From Candidatus Calescibacterium sp. (GTDB lineage Bacteria > Calescibacteriota > Calescibacteriia > Calescibacteriales > Calescibacteriaceae): DNA of 64,000 nucleotides. Under the pieces are notes generated by a model that saw only the letters and a program-made list of their open reading frames with translations, was not told where the DNA came from and made no database searches. Below, piece after piece: positions 9,994 to 19,822 of this stretch (positions are counted from its first letter, which is position 1; the number at the start of each line of letters is the position of its first letter). Made by a program: the position numbers and the translations under genes. The stretch lies in the NCBI GenBank assembly GCA_032249135.1, contig JAVVGL010000002.1:23575-87574 (forward strand), written 5' to 3'.

Positions 9994-10596
9994 TTAGTAT
10001 CCCCTTTCTGTCCTTTTTTTGAGCTCTTCATCCAATTTTTGTAGCATCTCCTCTGCTCGCTCCTTAACGATAGCTCTATGCTTTTGTCTTGCCATATCTT
10101 TCATTTTGTTGAAAGTTTCTTGAAGAACATTATCTACTTCAAGCAAAGCAAGACAATACATAACTTTCTTCTTTTCATCGGTATATCTATCTACTATTTG
10201 TGATCCAACAAGCAATGCCTCCGTTGTAGATTTTATTATAATCTGTGTAAACTCATCTGAACCTTCTGCATCTTTATTGAAGTAATCTTTGTGCTCTTCC
10301 ATAAAATCTGTTATAAGCGATGCTACATATGAGTCAAGAACTCTTGCAAGATCTGCCCGAGCACGAGTATCACATCTTATCCTTGTCATAGCTTCATTTG
10401 GAGAAAGTTCAGATACCCCAACGCCATACAACTTTTTCTCCTTTGGAGAAAATGCCCCCGCACCTTTTATGACCCATTCTGGTGGCTTTTTTCCACACCC
10501 AATTTGAAAGAAAACAACAAGTAAGAAAAACAAAAACACGAGTATTACACTGCTTACCTTAATATATTTACTATTCATTTTCACAAACTTATCCAT
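9994..10596 (-). CDS. LPP20-family lipoprotein
   Basis: GGAGGT SD before ATG at 10596; lipobox-like QIG-C; PEWV, YGVG, ARADLA. Confidence 0.75.
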   Translation of the reverse strand: MDKFVKMNSKYIKVSSVILVFLFFLLVVFFQIGCGKKPPEWVIKGAGAFSPKEKKLYGVGVSELSPNEAMTRIRCDTRARADLARVLDSYVASLITDFMEEHKDYFNKDAEGSDEFTQIIIKSTTEALLVGSQIVDRYTDEKKKVMYCLALLEVDNVLQETFNKMKDMARQKHRAIVKERAEEMLQKLDEELKKRTERGY

Positions 10597-10771
10597 TTTT
10601 CTACCTCCCAAAAAATAATTTAATCATTTGTTTCAAATCTAAGTTATAAAATTGCAATTTTTTTGTAGCCCACCAAAACCCCTCAAATAAAAGCTCATAA
10701 ATTACGATTAAAAAACGTAAAATAAATTACTTTTAATTTTAGTTATAGATTGCTTTTAGAATCTAATATTT

Positions 10772-12226
10772 ATGATGATGAGAGGAAAAAAATTTGTCTC
10801 ACTATATGAGAAACTTACGAAAACCCCATTTCCCACTGAAAAATTTATCAAAAAAGAAGAAAAAGAAGAGGTAATAGAAGAAGAAAAAGAGAAAGAAGAG
10901 AAAATAGAAGAAGAAATTTCAGTACCAGAGGAGATACCCAGAGAGGAAATAGAGCTTGAATTCAAAATCCCCGAATTCAAAATCCCCGAAATACAACTCG
11001 AAGCAGAAAAAAAACCTACCGAAGAAATAAAAGAAGAAGAAATTACTCCCAAACCAACAAAAATTGAAGTAGAAGAAGAAACAGAAGAAGAAATTCAGAT
11101 TCAGGAAAAATATGAAAAGTTAGTATTTGAAGAAGAAATAATATCAGAAGAGCTGACAAGGAGAAAAGTCAGAGAAAAATTTGAGGACGGCAAAAAGAAG
11201 GTAGAAGGAGAGGAAGACATAAAAAGGAAAGTAATCGTTGGTCTTGATGTGCCTGAGACAAAGAGAGAATATATAAGCCAAGAAGAGAAAATCTCTGAAA
11301 CTGAATCTCAATTGAAAACCGATGAGCAAAAAGATAAAATAACTTTTATGGATAAAGAAAATATTAATCATCGTATAGATAAGGAACCTAAAAGCAAACA
11401 GCCATTAATTCAGGAAATAATAGATAGGATAAGAGTTGACATAATAGCTCGTGCGGAAGTTGAAGCTAAAAAGAAAATAGACGAAGCAGAAAAAAAAGCA
11501 AAAGAAATAATAGATAACGCCTACAAGGAATCTGAAAAAATAATAAATGAAGCTTTATCAAGAAGCTTAGATATATCAAGAGAAATAGAGAAGGAAGCCG
11601 AAGAAAGAGGTTTCAAAAAAGGATATGAAAAAGGCTATAAGGAAGGAGAAAATAAGGGGTACGAGGATGCATACAAAAAAACTTTGTCAGAAGGAAGATA
11701 CGCCCTTGAGATGATAAGAAAGATAGCAGATGAGGTAGCCTATGCAAAGGAAAGATTTTCTGATGATTTCCCGAAAATAGTTCTACATCTTACACTCGTT
11801 GCCCTCAAGACAATTCTTATGACAGAAAGAATAAAAGACGAGGAACTCGTTATAAGAGCTCTCAAAGATGCACTTGATAAAGTAAAAGGATTCAAAATAG
11901 TAAGAATAAGATTGAATGAAAAGGATATAGAGATAGTCAAAAAATTTTTCCAGATACCCGAAGATATTGACATAGTCCCCGATAACTCCGTTCAGCGTGG
12001 AGATGTAAAGATAGACATGAGGGAAGGATATTTTGAGTCCTCTATAAAATGGAGAGAAAAAATAATAGAAGAGGTTCTGAAAGGAGAGCTTGAAAACCTC
12101 ATGAGTGAAAAACCCGAGGAGAATAGCCATTCTCCAAAAGAAAATCCTCCACAAGGGAACAAAATGCAAGAAAACATTGAAATCAAAGAAAGCAAAGAGA
12201 TTGAAGATATAAAAGAGTTAGAATAG
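10772..12226 (+). CDS. fliH: Flagellar export protein FliH with a long acidic N-terminal extension
   Basis: GFKKGYEKGYKEGENKGYED GxxxG repeats; IRLNEKD, IVPDNSVQRGDVKI in the C-terminal domain. Confidence 0.8.
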   Translation: MMMRGKKFVSLYEKLTKTPFPTEKFIKKEEKEEVIEEEKEKEEKIEEEISVPEEIPREEIELEFKIPEFKIPEIQLEAEKKPTEEIKEEEITPKPTKIEVEEETEEEIQIQEKYEKLVFEEEIISEELTRRKVREKFEDGKKKVEGEEDIKRKVIVGLDVPETKREYISQEEKISETESQLKTDEQKDKITFMDKENINHRIDKEPKSKQPLIQEIIDRIRVDIIARAEVEAKKKIDEAEKKAKEIIDNAYKESEKIINEALSRSLDISREIEKEAEERGFKKGYEKGYKEGENKGYEDAYKKTLSEGRYALEMIRKIADEVAYAKERFSDDFPKIVLHLTLVALKTILMTERIKDEELVIRALKDALDKVKGFKIVRIRLNEKDIEIVKKFFQIPEDIDIVPDNSVQRGDVKIDMREGYFESSIKWREKIIEEVLKGELENLMSEKPEENSHSPKENPPQGNKMQENIEIKESKEIEDIKELE

Positions 12227-12243
12227 CTCATCCCTCAAATAAA

Positions 12244-13188
12244 TCACATCATCTCTCTTATTTTCTCTATAATAGGCAAATATATAGATACGATGAAAAA
12301 AATCAGAAATATAGATGTTATTATGAATAATGCTGGTTCTATCGCTCTTTTTATTATCTCCGCCTCTCTCTTTGCTCTATCAAGATAAATATCAGATATG
12401 CTGAACAAAATCTGCGATAATCTTCCTATCTCAAAAGAACTTAAAATTTCTTCCTGAAATTCCTTTATGAAAGAAAAAGATGGAGTAAGTCCTCTCAAAA
12501 TCCTTCCCACTTCAAGTTCCATCTCCTTTTTTATCTTCCCAGGTATAAGATACGAAGTAAGAATTAATGCTTTCTGAAGTGGTATTCCATTATCCAAACA
12601 TATTGCTAACGCTCTTGTGCATATTGAAAGTTTGGCTGAATTAAATAAAGGAATTTCTCTTATCTGCGAGATAATGATATATGTAAAACCCAAAAATATA
12701 GCAGTAAAAGTTATGAAGTTATCTTGAATATACTCCCTGACATTTTGTATCAAAATTATGCTTTTAGGTGGCTGAACTCCGAATTCCGATAACATCAATA
12801 GTATCTCCGGAATAACAAAAACTACAACTATTGAAAAGAAAACAAAAAGCGAAGCTATTGAAAATAAAGGAGTAATCAGCGCAAACTTTATATCTCTTTC
12901 AAGATTTTCTTTTAGCTCAAGAAGACTCACAAGATTTCCAAGAACCTGCGTAAGCTTTCCTGTTTCTTCCCCTATCTTTATATTTTGAACAATAAATTCT
13001 GGAAACCTCTCTAATTTCAAAGCTGTAGAAAGGTCTAATCCTCTCTTTATGTATTCTCCTATCTCCTCACCCCCCATTATTTTTTTTAGAGACGGTTCAA
13101 TTTTGAAACCAGCCGAAAGATATAAGTATAATTCTTTGAGAAATTTCAAATGGTTCAATTTCTTTCTTTTGCCATCTACCTTTATCAT
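12244..13188 (-). CDS. Type II secretion/T4P platform protein (GspF/PilC/ComGB family)
   Basis: LSAG, IGEETGKL, VIP, GRL, IEPA...IYLPI; two T2SSF-like halves. Confidence 0.85.
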   Translation of the reverse strand: MIKVDGKRKKLNHLKFLKELYLYLSAGFKIEPSLKKIMGGEEIGEYIKRGLDLSTALKLERFPEFIVQNIKIGEETGKLTQVLGNLVSLLELKENLERDIKFALITPLFSIASLFVFFSIVVVFVIPEILLMLSEFGVQPPKSIILIQNVREYIQDNFITFTAIFLGFTYIIISQIREIPLFNSAKLSICTRALAICLDNGIPLQKALILTSYLIPGKIKKEMELEVGRILRGLTPSFSFIKEFQEEILSSFEIGRLSQILFSISDIYLDRAKREAEIIKRAIEPALFIITSIFLIFFIVSIYLPIIEKIREMM

Positions 13189-13235
13189 TTTTGATTTATC
13201 CGATTCCAGAATCCAAGTTTACTTGCAAGTTTAAT

Positions 13236-13574
13236 TTACTTACAATCTTCCTTTGTTGAGAAAAATTCACTAATCCTCTGAATAGTTTTCGGACCGACTC
13301 CCTTTATTTTCTCGAGTTCATCTATACTATCAATTTTCGTGTATTTTATGTATTCATAAATCTTTCTCGCTTGACTTTCATTCACAACCAATCTGAGAGC
13401 ATCTAATATTTCTTCTTTTTGGCAGTTTATTGATATTTTCTCTCCACACAAAACATTCAAAATTATGCTCTCCCTCCCAGGACATTTTTTGACTGCAAAT
13501 ACCACATCTAACTTCATTATAAAAATCAGAAAAGTTAGCATAAACATTCCTTTTGTGTAGTGATTCGCTCGCAT
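13236..13574 (-). CDS. ComEA-like helix-hairpin-helix protein
   Basis: ISIN...ARKIYEY...SIDELEKIKGVGPKT. Confidence 0.75.
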   Translation of the reverse strand: MRANHYTKGMFMLTFLIFIMKLDVVFAVKKCPGRESIILNVLCGEKISINCQKEEILDALRLVVNESQARKIYEYIKYTKIDSIDELEKIKGVGPKTIQRISEFFSTKEDCK

Positions 13575-13668
13575 ATTTCCATCTTATTCTTGTTAAAAAA
13601 TAATTTTTTTACTCCGATATTTTTTAATAAAAAGCCTTAAATTTTTAATTGAAGGAGGTTATAAGACT

Positions 13669-14484
13669 ATGAGAAGTTATCCTGACCTGACAAGTATATT
13701 AGGGCTTATGGCAATTTTTTTTGCAGTTTTTTTCGGCATATCAATAGAAGCTCACAGCATAAGCGATCTTCTCATATTTTTCTGGGGAAAAGGTGTTTGG
13801 GCTGCGTGGTTTATAGTTATAGGAGGAACAATTGCAGCAACTTTCACAGCATTCACATGGGGACAATTCTCTGCTGTCATCAAAATCTTAACAAGAAGTT
13901 TTTTTTCAACGAAAAAATACAATAATCTCCAACTTATAGAGAATTTCACCGAATATGCCCGTAGAATAAGAAGAGAGGGAGTTAGAGTAATGGAACAAGT
14001 AATAGATGAAGTTGAACATCCTTATATGAAAAGAGGATTAAGAGCTGTTGCCGATGGATTAGATTATGAAGCTGTTGAAAGAATCCTTGACGCAGAGCTT
14101 GCGGTCATTCAGGAAAGACATGCAGTCGGTCAAAAAATCTTTGACTTTGGTGCAATGTGTGCTCCATCTTTCGGACTCGTTGGAGCCGTATCAGGTCTTA
14201 TAAGAACGCTCATTAACCTTGAAGACCCTTCAAAAGTTGGTCCGGGTGTTGCTCTGGCTTTTGTCTCTACATTCTATGGTATCCTTTTGGCTTACGGACT
14301 TTTTACCCCTATAAAAAATAAGCTTGAAATGAAACATTCCGAGGAAATGGTAACCTTACTTCTCATAAGAGAGGGAGTCCTGGCTCTTACAAAAGGAGAG
14401 CCTCACATAGTTGTTGAAGAGAAACTAAAAGGTTATGTTACAGGTAAGGAGAGGGAAGCATTGGAGAGGAGGGCAGCAGCATAA
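13669..14484 (+). CDS. motA: Flagellar stator protein MotA
   Basis: IVIGGTIAA, RREG, APSFGLVGAVSGL, STFYG; AAGGAGGT SD. Confidence 0.92.
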   Translation: MRSYPDLTSILGLMAIFFAVFFGISIEAHSISDLLIFFWGKGVWAAWFIVIGGTIAATFTAFTWGQFSAVIKILTRSFFSTKKYNNLQLIENFTEYARRIRREGVRVMEQVIDEVEHPYMKRGLRAVADGLDYEAVERILDAELAVIQERHAVGQKIFDFGAMCAPSFGLVGAVSGLIRTLINLEDPSKVGPGVALAFVSTFYGILLAYGLFTPIKNKLEMKHSEEMVTLLLIREGVLALTKGEPHIVVEEKLKGYVTGKEREALERRAAA

Positions 14485-15206
14485 TGTTCAGAAAAGCAGA
14501 AAGTGGTGGAGGAGGAGGGGAACATGCTCCAAGATGGGCTATAATATGGCTTGATATGATGAATTCACTATTAGCTCTGTTTATTGCTATGTTCGCATTC
14601 TCCGAACCCAAAAGAACAAAAATAATTTCTGTCGTTGTATCTTTGAGGGAGGCTCTTGGAGTTCTTTCGGGCGAACCTTTCCCAGAAAAGAAATTAGAAG
14701 CTATGATATCTACACCGGGACTCGGACCGCTTTCCGGAAAACCAACTGGTTTCCTTATGAGCGCTATTGAAGAGATAAAAAAGGAAGTTGAAACCGGAGC
14801 TGAGCAAAGGGGACTGCTTTTTAGGGTTTACGGAACTCAAGAGGGAACAGTAGTTTCATTGCCATCCGATATTCTTTTTGAGCCCGGGAGCGCTTCATTA
14901 TCTGAAAAAGGAGAAAAAGTAATTTCAATTTTAGCAAAATATATTTCTGCTATTCAGGCTGATATAGTTGTTGAGGGACATACTGACGATATACCCATTA
15001 CATCACCTATATATCCATCAAACTGGGAGCTATCGGCTGCCCGTGCCGCTACAGTTGCACGGGTTCTTGAAAAATACGGTGTCCCTCACAATAGAATATC
15101 TGTCTCTGGATTTGCAGATACGAAACCAATAGTTCCAAATATCTCCCCAGAAAATAGAATGAAAAACAGAAGAGTTGAAATAAAACTCAAAGGTTTAGTT
15201 TATTGA
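14484..15206 (+). CDS. motB: Flagellar stator protein MotB
   Basis: TM segment with the conserved Asp (WLDMM); OmpA-like EGHTDD, SNWELSAARA, NRRVEI; TAATG overlap with motA. Confidence 0.93.
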   Translation: MFRKAESGGGGGEHAPRWAIIWLDMMNSLLALFIAMFAFSEPKRTKIISVVVSLREALGVLSGEPFPEKKLEAMISTPGLGPLSGKPTGFLMSAIEEIKKEVETGAEQRGLLFRVYGTQEGTVVSLPSDILFEPGSASLSEKGEKVISILAKYISAIQADIVVEGHTDDIPITSPIYPSNWELSAARAATVARVLEKYGVPHNRISVSGFADTKPIVPNISPENRMKNRRVEIKLKGLVY

Positions 15207-15235
15207 TTTAGTAAGGTAGATAAACTTTTTCTCTT

Positions 15236-15718
15236 ATGAAGTACGAACTTTACAGATTGTCAGTATTTTTGCATATCTTTGCGTTCTCTGTTTGGTTTGG
15301 AGGAATGATATTTATCTCGCTTATTTTGAGACCTTCTCTTATGAGAAGGGAAGACTATCCCGATATTATAAATGTGGTAGCAAGAAAATTCAGCAAAATT
15401 ACTTGGTTTTTTATTTTCCCTACTTTGCTCATTACTGGTTTTTTTAACTCATATATCAGAACCGGTGAGATAAACCCTTTTGAGTGGACAAAATACACTC
15501 CGGGTAAGATAGCATTAATAAAGCTTCATTTGCTCATTCTTATTTTCATTTTAAGTGCTTTGCATGATTTTAAAATTGGACCAAAGGCAGTGGAGCAAAT
15601 GAGAAATCGGACAAATCCACAAAATTTCAGAAAACTTTCAGGATTTATAGGAAGATTAAATTTCCTCCTCGGAACTATAATGCTTATATTAGGAATTCTA
15701 ATAGTGAGGGGATGCTAA
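15236..15718 (+). CDS. CopD/DUF4149-like membrane protein
   Basis: HIFAFSVWFGG, LITG, LHDFKIGP. Confidence 0.65.
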   Translation: MKYELYRLSVFLHIFAFSVWFGGMIFISLILRPSLMRREDYPDIINVVARKFSKITWFFIFPTLLITGFFNSYIRTGEINPFEWTKYTPGKIALIKLHLLILIFILSALHDFKIGPKAVEQMRNRTNPQNFRKLSGFIGRLNFLLGTIMLILGILIVRGC

Positions 15719-15846
15719 AATACGAATACCTATCAATATAGAATAAACTTAAAGTGCTGATCAATTGTCTAAATACAAATAGAGAATAAAAAAAGAAATT
15801 TAACCTGAAAAATTAAAAATCTTTGAGTTCAAGGAAAATTTTTTAG

Positions 15847-16800
15847 ATGAAAATGACCAAGAAAAGTAAAAACTCAGAAAACAAAAAAAGCAATCAAGTC
15901 AAAAATAGTAGTGAAGTGATACAAGGAAACTATGTCGCTCTTGTTACACCTTTTTATGATGGTAAAATAGATGAGAAATCTTTCAAGAAACTTATAGATT
16001 TTGTGATAGAAAACGGCTGCGATGGGATTGTTCCCTGCGGGACAACTGGGGAAGCTGCAACACTTGATTTTGATGAACATATAAAAGTTATAGAGCTGGC
16101 TCTGGAATTCTCGGCAGGTAGAGTAAAAGTAATGGCTGGAACAGGTTCAAACTCAACGCAGGAGGCAATAGAGCTTACAAAAAAAGCTGAAAAACTTGGA
16201 GTTGACTCAGTTCTCCTTATAGCCCCATATTATATAAGACCAACTCAAACTGGTTTATATGAACACTACAAAAAAATAGCTTCAGAATGTGCGGTTCCAC
16301 AGGTTTTGTATAATATTCCTTCACGAACAGGCGTCAATATAGAAGCAGAAACAGTTCTCAAACTTGCTCACGAATGCAAAAACATAGTGGGAATAAAAGA
16401 GGCTTCCGGAAATATAAAGCAAATATCAGAGATAATAAAGGGAGCACCTGAAAACTTCTCCGTAATCTCCGGAGATGACATTATGACCTTACCCATCATA
16501 TCAATTGGAGGTAAAGGTGTCATATCATCAACAGCAAATGCATTTCCTTCAGAGATGACGAAACTTGTAAAATATGGACTTGAAGGAAATTTTGAAGAAG
16601 CAAGAAAACTCCATATTTATTTACTTGATGCATTTAATACTCTTTTTATAGAGACAAACCCAATTCCTGTTAAGACTGCTCTTTATCTTATGGGGATAAT
16701 AAGATCGCCAGAACTTCGCTTACCACTCTGCCCTCCATCTCAAAAAACCCTTGAAATGATAAAAAACATGCTGAAAAAATATAATCTTTTGCCTGAATAA
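15847..16800 (+). CDS. dapA: 4-hydroxy-tetrahydrodipicolinate synthase
   Basis: ALVTPF, GTTGE, PYY, LYNIPSRTG, GIKEASG, ETNPIPVK. Confidence 0.96.
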   Translation: MKMTKKSKNSENKKSNQVKNSSEVIQGNYVALVTPFYDGKIDEKSFKKLIDFVIENGCDGIVPCGTTGEAATLDFDEHIKVIELALEFSAGRVKVMAGTGSNSTQEAIELTKKAEKLGVDSVLLIAPYYIRPTQTGLYEHYKKIASECAVPQVLYNIPSRTGVNIEAETVLKLAHECKNIVGIKEASGNIKQISEIIKGAPENFSVISGDDIMTLPIISIGGKGVISSTANAFPSEMTKLVKYGLEGNFEEARKLHIYLLDAFNTLFIETNPIPVKTALYLMGIIRSPELRLPLCPPSQKTLEMIKNMLKKYNLLPE

Positions 16801-16872
16801 AAATAATAATCTTCTAAATAAGAATCTAAACAAGAAAATAAATAAGAAAATTTTAAAAGAAAAAAAAGAAAA

Positions 16873-17796
16873 GTGGCACTACTTGAAGTAAGAAACCTTT
16901 CTATATCATTTCATGAAAAAAAAGTAGTAGATTCTGTATCATTTTCTATTGATAGTGGCGAAGTCCTTGGGGTAGTAGGTGAATCAGGTTCAGGAAAAAC
17001 TTTGACCGCTCTCTCAATATTGCGCCTCACTCCACCAACAGCAAAAGTAGAAGGTGAAATAATTTTTGAAGGGAAAAACATTCTCAAATTAAGTGAAAGG
17101 GAAATGGATAGAATAAGAGGTAAGGAGATTTCACTTATTTTACAGAATCCTCATTCTGCGTTTAATCCAGTTTTTAAGGTTGGATATCAAGTGATAGAGC
17201 CTATGCTTGTTCATTTCGGTTTAGAGAAGAAAAAAGCCCTTGAACTTGCACGAGATGTTTTCAGACAGGTCGGAATTTCTGAACCTGAATTGAGACTCAA
17301 ATCATATCCTCACGAGTTATCAGGGGGAATGAAACAAAGAGCTGTAATATCTGTTTCAATTCTTATGAAGTCAAAGCTTATAATAGCTGATGAACCGACA
17401 ACCGCTCTCGACCCAACTATTGAAAGTCAAATTCTCAAAATACTGAGAAAAATAGTTGATGAACAAAAGAGTTCAATGATATTCATTTCACACGATATCT
17501 CACAAGTTGGATGGATAGCAGATAAAATAGCTGTCATGTATGGTGGATGGATTGTTGAGATAGGAAGAAGAGAAGATATTTTGAAAAATCCTTCTCATCC
17601 TTATACAAAAGCTCTACTTGAAGCTATGCCCTATAAAGATAAACCAAAACCAATTCCGGGTTCTCCACTTGATATAAATTTTCAGGGGTGTAGGTTCTCA
17701 AAAAGATGTCCTCTGGCACAAAAGATATGCTTTGAACAAATTCCAGAGTTTAAAGAACTACAAAACGGTAGAAAATCAAAATGCTTTTTCGTTTAA
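16873..17796 (+). CDS. Peptide ABC transporter ATP-binding subunit (OppD/DppD type), orphan
   Basis: GESGSGKT, YPHELSGGMKQR, ADEPTTALD, HPYT, C-terminal Cys cluster. Confidence 0.93.
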   Translation: MALLEVRNLSISFHEKKVVDSVSFSIDSGEVLGVVGESGSGKTLTALSILRLTPPTAKVEGEIIFEGKNILKLSEREMDRIRGKEISLILQNPHSAFNPVFKVGYQVIEPMLVHFGLEKKKALELARDVFRQVGISEPELRLKSYPHELSGGMKQRAVISVSILMKSKLIIADEPTTALDPTIESQILKILRKIVDEQKSSMIFISHDISQVGWIADKIAVMYGGWIVEIGRREDILKNPSHPYTKALLEAMPYKDKPKPIPGSPLDINFQGCRFSKRCPLAQKICFEQIPEFKELQNGRKSKCFFV

Positions 17797-17854
17797 ATCA
17801 CTAACACAAATTGCTCATCAGCAAAAAAAAATAGACCAAATTATAAGTACAAAA

Positions 17855-18820
17855 TCAAGTCATAGAGATAAATACAAGTGGAAATACTATTGTGACCTCA
17901 CCACCCGGAGCTGGGAACTGCCACCTTCTTATCATCCTTAAAACACATCCAACCATTTCCTGATCATCTATAGTTGATTCCCTGACAGAAACATTAGAAA
18001 CTTTACCCTCTGGATCAACAACTATCTCTACGACTATCTTACCTTGGAGATTTGGATTTCTCATCTGAGCTTTCTGAAAGCAGTATTTCAGTGAAGCCTG
18101 ATTTCTTTCAGCAACTTTTCTGACTGTTTCCTCATCTAATTTCCCTTCAATCTCCGGAGCTTCTGTTGTAATCTTTGATGTAACAGCAGCAACCTTTTTA
18201 CCTTCAAGTCCTACTTCTCTTCCTCCCTTTGCTTCGAGTGCTCCCACATCAGCTCCCCTCTTTTGTATCCCACCTGCAAATTCAAGGGGTTTTAACTCTT
18301 CTCCCTTCTCTGCAACCCTGACTCCACTTATACCGCCGAGTATCTCATCTAAATTTTTAACTACTCCTCCTCCGAGAACTTCCGCTAACGGACTCGCTTC
18401 TCCTTCTCCCTTAGCTGTAAGAAGAGCTAAAATACCAACTTGCCTTACTTTCTCTCTTATTATTTCTTTCTTCTGCTCCTTTGTCATCGCTGCGGATTCC
18501 TCTTTTGGCTTTTGTTCTTCCGCTTTTTTCTCCTCCTTCTTTTCTGCTTTCTTTTCTTCTTTTTTCTGGGCAATCTCTTTTTTCTCTTCAACAAGCTTGG
18601 GAACAACGATTTTTGCAAACCTCTCAGGAAGCTTTTCTACCTCTACAATATCATCCCTTAACTCAACTTGAAGCTTTGAGGTCTCATAAACAAATAATAC
18701 CCAGACCAAAAGGAAAATAATAAATATGGGAAAAACTCTTCTTCTCTCTTTTTCTTCATCTTTTTCGGTTACTGGAACGAATACTTCGGCTAACCTCTCA
18801 AGTGATTGTTGACCCTGCAT
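17855..18820 (-). CDS. TonB-like protein with AgmX/PglI (GltG-like) C-terminal domain
   Basis: Single TM, PERFAK, Glu/Lys linker, Gly-rich region, LKYCF...NPNL.GK...CV...RRWQFP...FP. Confidence 0.75.
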   Translation of the reverse strand: MQGQQSLERLAEVFVPVTEKDEEKERRRVFPIFIIFLLVWVLFVYETSKLQVELRDDIVEVEKLPERFAKIVVPKLVEEKKEIAQKKEEKKAEKKEEKKAEEQKPKEESAAMTKEQKKEIIREKVRQVGILALLTAKGEGEASPLAEVLGGGVVKNLDEILGGISGVRVAEKGEELKPLEFAGGIQKRGADVGALEAKGGREVGLEGKKVAAVTSKITTEAPEIEGKLDEETVRKVAERNQASLKYCFQKAQMRNPNLQGKIVVEIVVDPEGKVSNVSVRESTIDDQEMVGCVLRMIRRWQFPAPGGEVTIVFPLVFISMT

Positions 18821-18880
18821 AACTTTAAATTTAATAATCCTCTACAAACTAATCCAAAAACTGAAAACTTTATCCACCAA

Positions 18881-18898
18881 TTGTGACATATCTCACAA
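18881..18898. promoter_or_regulatory. Palindromic operator TTGTGA-catatc-TCACAA (CRP/FNR- or Rex-type box)
   Basis: Exact TGTGA-N6-TCACA in the gap between the divergent tonB-like and pirin genes. Confidence 0.65.
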
Positions 18899-18950
18899 AC
18901 AAAAAAGTAAAAAAACCTATTATTATTTATTAGTCTATTCACTTATTTTT

Positions 18951-19793
18951 ATGGTTTTAGAATTCGCAAAAATAAAAGCTATTTTTCCAGCAGTTGAAGT
19001 TATTGATGGAGCAGGAGTAAAATTGAAAAGATATATCGGGAACCAATACATTAATGTCGTTGATCCTTTCCTTTTACTTGACGAATTTAAAAGCTCAGAC
19101 GAAAAAGATTGGATAGCAGGTTTCCCACCTCATCCTCACAGAGGATTCCAGACTCTGACATATATGATATCCGGTAAATTTGAGCACAAAGATAGCACAG
19201 GTTCTCACAGTATTCTTTCATCTTCGGGTTTGCAGTGGATGAATGCAGGGAGTGGAGTAATTCATTCAGAGATGCCAGCTATGGAGAAAGGATTTCTTTG
19301 GGGATTTCAGCTCTGGATTAACCTCCCAAGAAAATATAAAATGTCTGACCCTTTTTACTTTAATTTTTATTCTCAGGTTGAAGAAGAAAGAGAAGGTATT
19401 AAGGTTATAGATCTTGTTGGTAAGCCTATGAGAGAAAACTCATTTTTTGATCTAATATACAAGCATATTGAGATGGAAAAAGGAAGCGAACTCAAACTGG
19501 AGATTCCAAAAAACTATAACTCTTTTATTGTTGTTTCAGAGGGAAAAATAAAGGTTCTTCCGGAAAAAGTTATAATTCCACAGGAAAAATTGGCTGTAAT
19601 TGAAGGAAATTATTTGTGGATTTTTGCTCAAGAGAAATCACATGTTATATTTGCAAGTGCGCCTCCAATAAGAGAACCGATAGCAAGGTGGGGACCTTTT
19701 GTTATGAACACAAAAGAAGAAATTATACAGGCAATTGAAGATTATCAATCAGGAAGACTCGTGAAAAAGAAAGCCGAATTTTCTCAAATGTAG
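18951..19793 (+). CDS. Pirin family protein
   Basis: DPFLLLD, GFPPHPHRGF, QWMNAGSGVIHSE, QLWINLP, GPFVMNT. Confidence 0.95.
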   Translation: MVLEFAKIKAIFPAVEVIDGAGVKLKRYIGNQYINVVDPFLLLDEFKSSDEKDWIAGFPPHPHRGFQTLTYMISGKFEHKDSTGSHSILSSSGLQWMNAGSGVIHSEMPAMEKGFLWGFQLWINLPRKYKMSDPFYFNFYSQVEEEREGIKVIDLVGKPMRENSFFDLIYKHIEMEKGSELKLEIPKNYNSFIVVSEGKIKVLPEKVIIPQEKLAVIEGNYLWIFAQEKSHVIFASAPPIREPIARWGPFVMNTKEEIIQAIEDYQSGRLVKKKAEFSQM

Positions 19794-19822
19794 TTTCCTC
19801 TGATGTATAAATCTTTTTTAGG

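Noticed and set aside
13669..15206. motAB as a Zorya ZorAB defence module
   Set aside because: MotA lacks the long ZorA tail, no zorC-E genes are adjacent, and flagellar genes are present
18869..18877. DnaA box / replication origin (TTATCCACC)
   Set aside because: A single imperfect box with no cluster and no dnaA context
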